Shown here: piece by piece, positions 12,359 to 22,200 of the stretch
Layout: each line of letters begins with the position of its first letter
How positions within the stretch are numbered: the stretch's first letter is position 1
Source of the DNA: Mobula hypostoma
Taxonomy: Eukaryota
Assembly: GCF_963921235.1 (NCBI RefSeq)
Contig: NC_086109.1
Location: 12,772,001 to 12,836,000, forward strand
Length of the DNA: 64,000 bases
Direction: 5' to 3'
Notes under the pieces: model-generated
Database searches by the model: none
Seen by the model: only the letters and a program-made list of their open reading frames with translations
What the model was told of the DNA's origin: nothing
Program-made: the position numbers and the translations under genes

Positions 12359-12802
12359 GTATGGACAAGAAGTATAAATTGTCTGAATATTTCAGAATAT
12401 TTAAAATTTGGATTTCATGGGAGTTTACAGATCATTCATCCCCACTAGTCCAGTCCAGTATTAATATTTTACACAAACCTCTGAACACTCCCTTATTGAA
12501 TCCCATCTGTATATCCTTCCAGTTATTTGTCCCTTGCTCTCATGCTCATCTAGCTATTCCTTCAGTCTATCCATAATATTTTATGTGACTTATCTTCAAA
12601 GTGCTTCAGTCTTTATTACGTTACTGAAAAGTGAAAAGTGAGACTGGTCCTTTCTCTACATTTGGAGATGGAACACCTAATTGTGTAAATCTGTCTTTGG
12701 GTTGAATAACTTTTCTGTTTACATTTTGTATATTCCCTCTAAGTCTCAAACTCTGACGTGTAATCAGAAAAATAGGGCAGGTCTATTCAGAATAATAAAT
12801 TG

Positions 12803-13055
12803 GGGGTGACACAGTAGGGTAGCGGTTAGCGTAACGCTATTACAGCGCCAGTGACTTGGGTTCAGTTCCCCTCCTGTCTGGAAGGAGTTTGTATGCTCTC
12901 CCTGTGACTGTGTGGATCTCCTCTGGGTGTTTCCATTTCATCCCAGATTCTAAAGATGTTAGTATGTTAATTTGGTCACATGGGTTTAATTGGGTAGTAT
13001 AGGCTTGTTGGGCCAGAATGGCCTGTTTCCATGCTGTATCTCTAAATAAGTAAAT
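12803..13055 (+). mobile_element. V-SINE (HE1-like)
   Basis: Head gtagcggttagcgtaacgctattacagcgcc...gggttcagttccc, V-domain and AT-rich tail. Confidence 0.65.
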
Positions 13056-13548
13056 ATCAGTTCTGTGATGATCTCACCCCCACCCCCCCTCCCACTTTCT
13101 CACTCTACCCTTCAATCCTGATACCATTATGAATAGTCTATTGTCTCTTAGGTCTGTTATCAACAATCTTTGTGATATTTTCCACAGTTTCTAACATGCC
13201 TCTTGTGTATTATTACCTTAATTAATGTCCCAATTAATTTAACTTTTTTTCCTTATTGAGTGATTGGGTTCAATATTATCAAAGAGTTTCAATTGGTTTC
13301 TCAATTTTATCATTTGCCTTTCTTATTCCCAAAGGTAACTGCAGGGTGGAGATTGTTGGAGGATTCTGCTCTGCCGTACATTTTCCCTTGTTTGCATCAC
13401 TTTCCCTCTCAGAACTGTACCCTCAGAGAACTGTGTGTTCCTCTTCTGCATCCTCCAGCCTCGGAATCCCACCACCAATGTCAGCAGCTTCAGCTGCCCA
13501 AATCCCACACACTAGACAATCCCACAAATCCATGAACTCCTGCAATTC

Positions 13549-13675
13549 TAGCAACACACATCAAAGTTGCTAGTGAACGCAGCAGGCCAGGCAGCATCTC
13601 TAGGAAGCGGTACAGTCAACGTTTCAGGCCGAGACCCTTCGTCAGGACTGACTGAAGGAAGAGTTAGTAAGAGAT
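13549..13675 (-). mobile_element. Short Penelope-like element (PLE) 3' insertion
   Basis: 11-bp TSD TCCTGCAATTC at 13538-13548 and 13676-13686; nearly identical to 27781-27905. Confidence 0.75.
13613..13650 (-). ncRNA. Minimal type I hammerhead ribozyme motif (best-preserved copy)
   Basis: Minus strand reads CAGUC-CUGACGA-A-GGGU(CUCG)GCCU-GAAA-CGUU-GACUG: 5-bp stem I, complete core, 4-bp stem II, palindromic ACGU helix III, GUU site. Activity untested. Confidence 0.7.
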
Positions 13676-14370
13676 TCCTGCAATTCGGTCCTCTTAACTT
13701 TTGTTCGTCATGAGTCCTTCTGGCTTACGAGCCTCCTAATTACACCCATCTAATCAATTTACCTGCTTCGACAACCCATTTAGACTGTAAACCATAAAAG
13801 TACTGTAATTTGCCCAAATAATTCCCAACTTCATTCTCAACCTCTTCTCTTGTTGAATCCCTGTGAAACACCTTGGACCAGTTTAGTGTGTTGGTGTTGT
13901 AAAGCAACATGCCGATGTTGTACATTTAGTAGCGGGTCCTCACTAGTGATCACTGTCACTCAGTCATAAACTGTTATCAAACATTCTGAAAAATTATATT
14001 CTACAAGCTGATTGAAAAGATTGGGATTTACTTAAAAGCAGAAAACTGAGGGTGATCTGGTAGATATCTGCAACAGTATCCAATTGTTTTATACAGTAGT
14101 GAACATGTTTCTACTTACAAATGAGAGCAGAAGTAAAGCTATAAACATAAGATAAATAATTTAAAAATCCATGGACAAAACCATAGACCATAAGGTATAG
14201 GAGCAGAATTAGGCCATTTGGCCCCTCAAGATTGCTCTGCACATCAAATCATGACTGATTTATTTTCTTTCTCACCCTATTATCCTGCCTTCTCTTAGTA
14301 GCCTTTCACACCCTCACCTTCCACATTCATCAGACATAATATAGATCTTGGAATTTATTTATTATTTCAG

Positions 14371-14577
14371 GAAATGGCCAGGTTGGATGAAAACATTGTT
14401 TATGCAGATCTACACCATGTTCAAAACAATGAGGCAGCTGCCCAGTCGGCTAACAATGAAAATGGAGTTGTGTATGCAAACATGAAATTTAAAAGGAAGT
14501 CACGAGCTGTTATGGATGAGGACAACACCACCTATGCAGATATCAAATTTCAAAGCCAACCCGCAAGGCCCAAATAG
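14371..14577 (+). CDS. Gene A: terminal cytoplasmic exon with ITIM, ITIM-like and ITSM-like motifs
   Basis: ttattatttcAG|GAAATG, phase 0, stop TAG 14575-14577. Motifs IVYADL (Tyr codon 14401), VVYANM (14473), TTYADI (14533). Confidence 0.9.
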   Translation, partial: EMARLDENIVYADLHHVQNNEAAAQSANNENGVVYANMKFKRKSRAVMDEDNTTYADIKFQSQPARPK

Positions 14578-14661
14578 AAAGCTTTCTCTCCTGGTACTCC
14601 ACAGGACTCAGAATAAGCGTGAAAAAGTCATTATGTGGATTAATTTAAGGCAGAAAAGTTA

Positions 14662-15559
14662 CACTCAGAAGCCACTTTATTAAGTACACTTGGTTACCTG
14701 TTTGTTAGTGCAAATATCTAATCTGCCAATCACGTGGCAGCAACTTGATGCATGTTGACATGTCATGCATTGAAAGGTGTAGTTCTGCACACCACTGTTG
14801 TAACGTATGTTTATTTGACTAACTGGCACCTTGAACCAATCTGGCCATTGTCCTCTATTGGACCTGTTTATTGACTGTTCCTTCAGGTTTTTCCAGGAAT
14901 CAGGAATGATGAACAGTCTTAATTCTAATGATCATTTATTTTAAAGTATAAAAAAACATACAAGTACTAAGCAACACACATAAAATGCTGGAGGAACTCA
15001 GCAGAGTAAACAAACTAAATAAGGTGCAGAGAAATTACACTGAGAGGTAAATGAACGGCTTAAAATGTGAAGTCAAAATGATGACACCTCTGAAAAATCC
15101 ATGACTTTTATAGGCAAGATAAGGAAAATTCCTTCGATAGAAATAAACTAGTTAATAGGCCACATAATTAAAACAATTATCTCATGTGGATAATGTGATC
15201 ATTCTTCACCAGTGAGTGGGTATAAACCACCACATAATGTCAAAAATATATGAGTATGTTAAAAAAGTACAAACGTTATAAGAAGTATTGTTTAAAAAAG
15301 CAGTAGTTTACAACACCTCTGACCTCTCTCAATAACAAGGCATTTTCACACACAGAACTGCCACTCATTGGATGTTTTTTTGTTTATCGCTTATGTCATA
15401 TTTCTTCTCCATTCTAATGTTTGATCTGAACAACAACTGAACCCCTTGATCATATCTGCATGTTTTTACGCATCTTGTGGCTGCCACATGATTGGCTGAT
15501 TAGGTATTCACATTAACGAGCAGGTGTACGGGTGTATCCAATAGAGTGGCCACTGAGTG
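14662..15559. mobile_element. Tc1/mariner deletion derivative (MITE-like)
   Basis: TA flanks at 14660-61 and 15560-61; inverted termini cactcagaagccactttatt / atagagtggccactgagtg; same family as 45075-45630 and 62460-62905. Confidence 0.65.
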
Positions 15560-16469
15560 TAACTCATTTGACTGAATCTATCCACTTAATTACTTTGTTG
15601 AGCTTATCTTGAGCTGATTCTTCCACAGATCCCTCTTGTCCAGTTCAGCTTCATAGGTAAGTATAACCAACTGGCATTGAGCGTCTGAGTCTATATCGTC
15701 TCTGAGTTACTGACCATCATGTCGCGGGCTTTTGGAGCAGCAATGGAGGTCCTCCATCTCTGGTGGTGTTCAGTGCTTCCTTCATCGTGTCAGTAGCTTC
15801 CTCTCAGTTTTCACTATTGTTAGTCATGCAAGTCCCGATTTGAGACTCAGTTATAGAATCACACTCAGACGTAGCATTCTTCATTGCTGTTTCCGCAACA
15901 GTTTTGTTTTAGCTGTCAGAGTTGTTAGCCCTGAGCTGAACCACTGAACCTAGAGGACCAGTGCAATACTCTTCATCTGGCCTCGACCCTTTGACCTGCT
16001 TGGCAAGGGTAACCCTGCCAAGGGCCAAAGCATAATGCCTTAACTCCAGTCGATGTAGCTCACCAGGCCATTGAGGTACAAAACCCTCCAAAACATGACA
16101 AAGTTGTGATCCTCTTGGAAGATCGATCATCTCTACAAATGTCAAAATGCTACTGCCTCTCATTTTGAGTTCTGCAATATCCACCCTGATATCCCCTCCT
16201 CAATCATAATTTCTTTCAGGTATTTAAATATTAATAGAGTGATTATCGTGTTTTAATTATATAGAGCTTTGGTAGACTGCATATGGACCATTTTGTACAA
16301 GTCTGGTTCTTCCCACCTAAGGAAGGATACAATGGACTGAGTACAGCAAAGTTTTCCCAGAAAGATTCTTGGGATTTTGTGTTTGTTAGATTGGTGTATG
16401 AATTCAGTGAAACAAGGAATATGGAATATAGAATACAGATCATATCAGGGTATAATACAGGGACTCACC

Positions 16470-18140
16470 CTGTCTGTGCTGACCATTATTCCAATCTAAC
16501 TAATCCCATCTGCCTGCACATGTTCTTACCTGGCCATGTGTCTGTTTAAATACCTTTTCAATGTTGCTATTTTATCTGGCAAATTATTCCAGGCACCATT
16601 TATACTTACTGTGTAAAGAAAAAATGCCTCTCACATCTCCTTCAATGTTTTCCCCTATTCACTTTAAATGTAAGTCCTTTGGTATTTTATACATTTACCC
16701 AGGGAATTATGACTATCTCCCCTGTCCGTGCCTTTCATAATTTTAAACTCTCCCTCAGGCTCTGACACTCCAACTTTGCACATGCTCTCCATATATCTAT
16801 TACACTCTAATCCAGGCCAAACCATGGTTAACCTCTACTGCACCATCTCCGAAGCTTCTACGTTCTTTCTATAGTCTGGAGACCAAAACTACACAATTGC
16901 TCCAAATGTTGCCAAATTTTTATACAGTTGCAACTTGACTTCCCAACTTTCATACTCAATGTTAGCAAGCATGCCATATACCACCTTTACTGCCCTGTTC
17001 ACTTGCATTGTTACTTTCGGGAGCTGTGGACTTTCATGTCACGATCCCATTGTCGATCAGTGCTCCAAAGGGTCCTGCCAGTTCCTTCATAATCTTGTCT
17101 TGCATTTCACCTCCCAAAATGCAACATTTCATGCTTGTGTGATTTGAAGTCTATCTGTCTTTTCTCTACCCAAACAGCCAGCTGATCTACAGAGGTTATA
17201 AAAACTATTCACCCCCACCCACCTTGGATGTTTAAATTTTTTATTATTTTACAACATTGAATCACAGTGGATTTAATTTGGCTTTTTTGATGCTGACCAA
17301 CAGAAAAAGACTCTTTCGTGTAAAAGTGAAAACAGACCTCTACAAAGTGATCTAAATTAATTACAAATATATAACACAATAATCACCCCCTTCAAGTCAA
17401 TATTTAGTAGATGCACTTTTGGCAGCAATTACAGCCTTGAGACTGTGTGGATAGGTCTCTATCAGCTTTGCACATCTGGGCATTTTTCCCCATTCTTCTT
17501 TACAAAATTGCTCAAGCTCTGACAGATTGCATAGCGATCTTGCTTGAACAGCCCTTTTCAAGTTCAGCCGCAAATTCTCAATTGGATGAGGTCTGGACTC
17601 TGACTTGGCCACTCCAGGACATTAACTCTGTTGTTTTTAAGTCATTCCTGTGTTGATTTGGCTTTATGCTTGGGGTCATTGTCTTGCTGGAAAGCAAATC
17701 TTCTCCCAAGTCTCAGTTCTCTTGCAGACTGCATCAGGTTTTCCTCCAGGATTATTATATCCTTCTGTATCCTTCGACCACATTCCTGACTATCCCCAGC
17801 TCTGAAAATTTTGTTTTTTCTACAAAAATACCTATGTCTTCATGCAAATCATTTATATTTATTACAAGCAACAGAGGTCCAGGCACTGAACCTTGCAGAG
17901 CTCCACTGGTCATGAGCCTCGAGTCACATCATCACCCCTCTACCACTGGTTCACTTGTCTATCAACATGCCCACTTTGTTTCTAAATTACAGACTCACTA
18001 TGGATCCTGTGTTACTTAATTTTCTGGACCAACGTAATATGAGGGACCACGTCAAATGGTTTCTAGAGACCATGTATAAAACATCCATAGCATTCCCCTC
18101 ATCAATCATTTTCTTCACTGCCCTGTATTATCCAGGAGTT
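16470..18140 (-). mobile_element. Old CR1 ORF2 fragment, interrupted by a Tc1 element
   Basis: Reverse complement resembles the CR1 RT and C-terminal region (ctggagaccaaaactacaca...; ccaggcactgaaccttgcagagctccactggtc); split at 17188-17752. Confidence 0.6.
17190..17752 (-). mobile_element. Tc1-family transposon, right-end fragment (IR/DR-type terminus)
   Basis: TA then cagaggttataaaaactattcaccccc, with an inner repeat aataatcaccccc near 17378. Minus ORF 17397-17612 (PIENL...LKRAV...ELEQFCKEEW...AAKSASTKY) is a Tc1 transposase C-terminus. Confidence 0.85.
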
Positions 18141-18264
18141 ATGAAATTATATGAATAATTGGTATGAATTGAAAATGGGAACAAAGCTTCCTGAAATAAA
18201 ATGTAATCCACTAATATTCTAAGGGTTTTGAAACCAATCATTGAGGGTGGGATATTCTATTTCT

Positions 18265-18660
18265 AAAGCAACACACACAAAATGCTGGAGGAACTCAGCA
18301 GGTCAAGCAGCAGCCATGGAAATGATGTTTGGATCTGAGACAGGACAGGAAAGAAAGGGGGAAAATGCTAGAATAAAAAGGAGAGAGGGAGTGGATAGTT
18401 AGAAAGTGATAGATGGAAGCAGACGGGTTGGAAAGATAAAGGGCTGGAGAAGAAGGAATCTTATAAGAGAGGAGAGTGGAACATAAGAAAAAGGGAAGAG
18501 GGAGGGTACCCAGGTGAGAAGAGGTTAGCGGCCAGAGTGAGGAATACAGAAAAGGTGAGGGGGTGTGTTTTTTTAACTGGAAGAAGAAACCAATATTCAT
18601 GCCATCATGTTGGAGGTTAACCAGATGGAAAACTAGCTGTCGCCCCTCCACCCTAAGGAT
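18265..18660 (-). mobile_element. Penelope-like element 3' fragment with GIY-YIG C-terminal remnant
   Basis: Minus ORF reads EGRQLVFHLVNLQHDGMNIGF (degenerate LIFRLGSLQPDGMNIDF-type tail), then a pyrimidine-rich UTR and the gctgagttcctccagcattt end. The hammerhead segment is deleted. Confidence 0.6.
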
Positions 18661-19444
18661 GGCCCAATCTGCATCTATAACACTTCAGATTGAGACAACT
18701 GAAAAATCGAGGTGTTAAATTGTACTGAATAAAGTCTTCAGGATTAAATCAAAGGAACCATTAAGTGGCCATATCCTGTATTAACACAGTGTTGAAGGCA
18801 TATACCAACCTTTGTATAGTCAGGGGGTCATCGCTCAAATCTGTAATAAAAGATATATATTTTGGATGTCCAGTGTTTATGCTCAGAAGCTCTTAGACCA
18901 GCTGCTAGGCTATTAAATTTTAGATGTGCTGTTCATTTGGGATGTTCTCCCATGTAAATATGCAATTCTGCAAAAGTTACCTGTCTATTTTCAGCAATTA
19001 AAGTTAAAGGTTAAGTAACAATAACTATTAAAATGCATTTAATCACTGATTGTTTTCTTTTTGTTTACAAAGTATAAAACATCACTGTATTGTTTTGTGT
19101 GGAGTGAGCAGAAATAGACTCTCTAGATCTGCTGTGTTGAATAAAGTTCTTCTGTATCTCACATGTTCGGTTTCCATGTGGCTCAGTTCAGCACTCACAA
19201 ACATCTCGTAGAATTACAGAGCAATACAGCATGGATAAAGGCCTTTCGGCCCAGTCTCTCCATGCTGACAAGTGCCCAATTCAGGAAGGGGAATTCTAGT
19301 GAACACACACAGCGAGTAATCAGCAGTGGAAAGGGTGAGCAGTTTCAAGTTCCTCAGTGCCAACATTTCAGAAATAGCTTCAACCCCTCCACCAGCAGAC
19401 CTATGAATGGACAGTGAACCCATGAATATCACCTCTCTATTTTT

Positions 19445-19960
19445 CCGCAGAAATGAGGAAATCTGCAGATGCTGGAAATTCAAGCAATACACACAAAAAA
19501 AATGCTGGTGGAACACAGCAGACCAGGCAGCATCTATAGGAAGATGTACAGTCAACATTTCGGGCCGGGATCCTTCGTCAGGACTAACTGAAAGAAGAGA
19601 TAGCAAGAGACTTGAAAGTAGGAGGGGAAGCGGGAGATACAAAATGATAGGAGAAGCCGGGAGGGGAGGGGTGGATCTAAGAACTGGAAAGTTGATTATC
19701 AAAAGGGATACCAGACTGGAGAAGAGAGAGGATCATGGGACAGGAAGCCTGGGGAGAGAGAGAAGTGGGGAGGGGAGCCTGGAGGGTGGAGAGCAGGCAA
19801 GGAGCTACAGTGAGAGGGACAGAGGGAGAAAAAAGAGAGAGAAAATATATATATATTAAATAAATAAATAAGAGATTGGGTGTGAAGGAGAGGAGGGGCA
19901 TTAATGGAAGTTAGAAAAGTCAATATTCATGCCATCAGTTTGGAGGCTTCCATGGGAAAC
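19445..19960 (-). mobile_element. Penelope-like element 3' fragment with GIY-YIG tail and hammerhead
   Basis: Minus ORF ends GSLQTDGMNIDFSNFH, followed by a CT-rich 3' UTR and the hammerhead motif at 19550-19585. Confidence 0.7.
19550..19585 (-). ncRNA. Minimal hammerhead ribozyme motif
   Basis: AGUC-CUGACGA-A-GGAU(CCCG)GCCC-GAAA-UGUU-GACU; core intact, one mismatch in stem II, helix III palindrome altered. Confidence 0.55.
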
Positions 19961-21760
19961 ATCCTTTCTACATTTACTCTGTCTGGCCTTACAATGTTCA
20001 AAAGGTTTCAATGAGATTCCCCCCATCCTTTGAAATTCCTGTGAGTAGAAGCCCAGAGCTATCAAATGTTCCTCATATAATGATTTCATTCCTAGAATCA
20101 TTGTTATGAACCACCTCTGAACCCACTACAATGCCAGAACATCTTTTCTCAGATAAGGAGCCCACAACTCTTCACAATAGTCAAAGTGCGGCCTCACCAG
20201 TGCCTTATAAAGCCTTAGCACCACATCCTTGTTCTTATATTTAGACCACTTGAAATGAATGTTAGCATTGCATTTGCCTTCCTCATCACTGCCAGAGTAT
20301 CAAAGGGTATGGGGTGAAAGCAGGGGAGTGGGGATGACTAGAAGAATTGGATCAGCCGGTAATTAAATGGTGGAGCAGACTTGATGGGCTAAATGGCCTA
20401 CTTCTGCTCCTATATCTTATGGTCTTATGGACCTGTAAGTTAACCTTTAGGGTGTTCTGCACAAGGACTCCCAAGTCCCTTTGCATCTGACTTTTGAATT
20501 TTCTCCACTGTTAGAAAACAGACTTTACATTTATTTTTACTACTAAATTGCATTACCATGCATCTTCCAATGTTGTATTTCATTTGCCACTTTCTTGCCC
20601 ATTCTCCCAATCTATCTACAACGTTTGTAATTCCTTCTGCAGCCTATCTGTGTCCTCAACACTATCTGCCCCTCCACCAATTTTCATATCAGCTGCAAAA
20701 TTGGCAACAAAGCCATCTATTCCATCATCTAATTCATTGACATACAGCATAAAAAGAAGCGGTCCTAATACCGACCCCTGCAGAACACCATTAGTCACTG
20801 GCAGCCAACAAGTAAAGGACCCTTTTATTCGCACCAGGTGTCTCCGACCAATCAGCCAATGCTCTAACCATGCTGTAGTACCATGGGCTCTTAACTTGGT
20901 AAGCAGACTCATATGTGGCATCTTGACAAAGGCCTTCTGAAAATCCAAATATACAACATCCACTGCATCCCCTTTAACTATCCTACTGAAATCTTCTCAA
21001 AGAATTCCAACAGATTCACCAGGCAAGATTTTCACTTCAGGAAACCATGCTGACTTTGTCCTATCTTGTTCCATGTTACCAAGTTCTCCATAACCTCATC
21101 CTTAACAATTGAGTCCAACATCTTCCCAACCACTGAGGTCAGGCTAAATAGTCAATTATTTCCTTTCTGCTGCCTCCCTCCTTTCTTAGAGAGTGGAATG
21201 ACATTTGCAATTTTTCTAGTTCTCTGGCACCATGCCAGAGTCCATGAAGAAGAGTCCAATGATTCTTGAACGATCATTACTAAGGCCTCCACAATCTCTA
21301 ATGCTACAACTTTCAGAATCCTCGGGTGCAGTTCATCTGGTCTGGGTGGCTTGTGCACCTTTAGGTTTTTCAACTTTTTGAGCACCTCATCCCTTGTAAT
21401 GATAATTGTACTCACTGCTCTCCCCTCACACCCTTCTATACCTGGCACATCGCTAGTGCCTTCCATGGTGAAGACTGAAGCAAAATACTCATTTAGTTCA
21501 TCTGCCATATTCTTCACTCCCAATATGATTTCTCCTGCCTCATTTTCTAGCAGTCCAATATCCACTCTTATCCCTCTTTTATTTTTATAAATACTTGAAA
21601 AAGCTTTTTACTATCCACCTTGATATTGTTTGGTAGCTTGCTTTCATATTTTGTCTCTTCCTTCCCAATGATTCTTTTAGTTGCTTCCTGTAGTTTCTAA
21701 AAGCTTCCCAATGTTCTATTTTTCTGCTAATTTTTGTTTTGTTGTATACCCTCTCTTTTG

Positions 21761-22195
21761 ATGGTAGTTTGCCTCCCTGGTGCCAGGGTCCGGGATATTT
21801 CTGATCGTGTCCAAGATATCCTGAAGTGGGAGGGTGAAGAGCCAGAGGTCCTGGTACATATAGGTACCAATGACATAGGTAGGAAAAGGGATGAGGTCCT
21901 GAAAGAAGAATATAGGGAGCTAGGAAGGGAGTTGAGAAAAAGGACCGCAAAGGTAGTAATCTCGGGATTACTGCCTGTGCCACGCGACAGTGAGAGTAGG
22001 AATGCGATGAGGTGGAGGATAAATGCGTGGCTGAGGGATTGGAGCAGGGGGCAGGGATTCAAGTTTTTGGATCATTGGGACCTCTTTTGGCGCAGGTGTG
22101 ACCTGTACAAAAAGGACGGGTTACACTTAAATCCTAGGGGGACCAATATCCTGGCAGGGAGATTAGCGGGGGCTACTGAGGTGACTTTAAACTAG
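21761..22195 (+). CDS. CR1 ORF1 C-terminal SGNH/GDSL esterase domain (5'-truncated)
   Basis: CLPGA...VHIGTNDI...DGLHLN motifs; stop TAG 22193-22195. Confidence 0.85.
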   Translation: MVVCLPGARVRDISDRVQDILKWEGEEPEVLVHIGTNDIGRKRDEVLKEEYRELGRELRKRTAKVVISGLLPVPRDSESRNAMRWRINAWLRDWSRGQGFKFLDHWDLFWRRCDLYKKDGLHLNPRGTNILAGRLAGATEVTLN

Positions 22196-22200
22196 AATGG

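Noticed and set aside
13256-13573. 105-aa ORF with acceptor-like AG as a cytoplasmic exon of gene A
   Set aside because: Not needed for phase continuity, runs into a PLE insertion, and has no recognisable motif.
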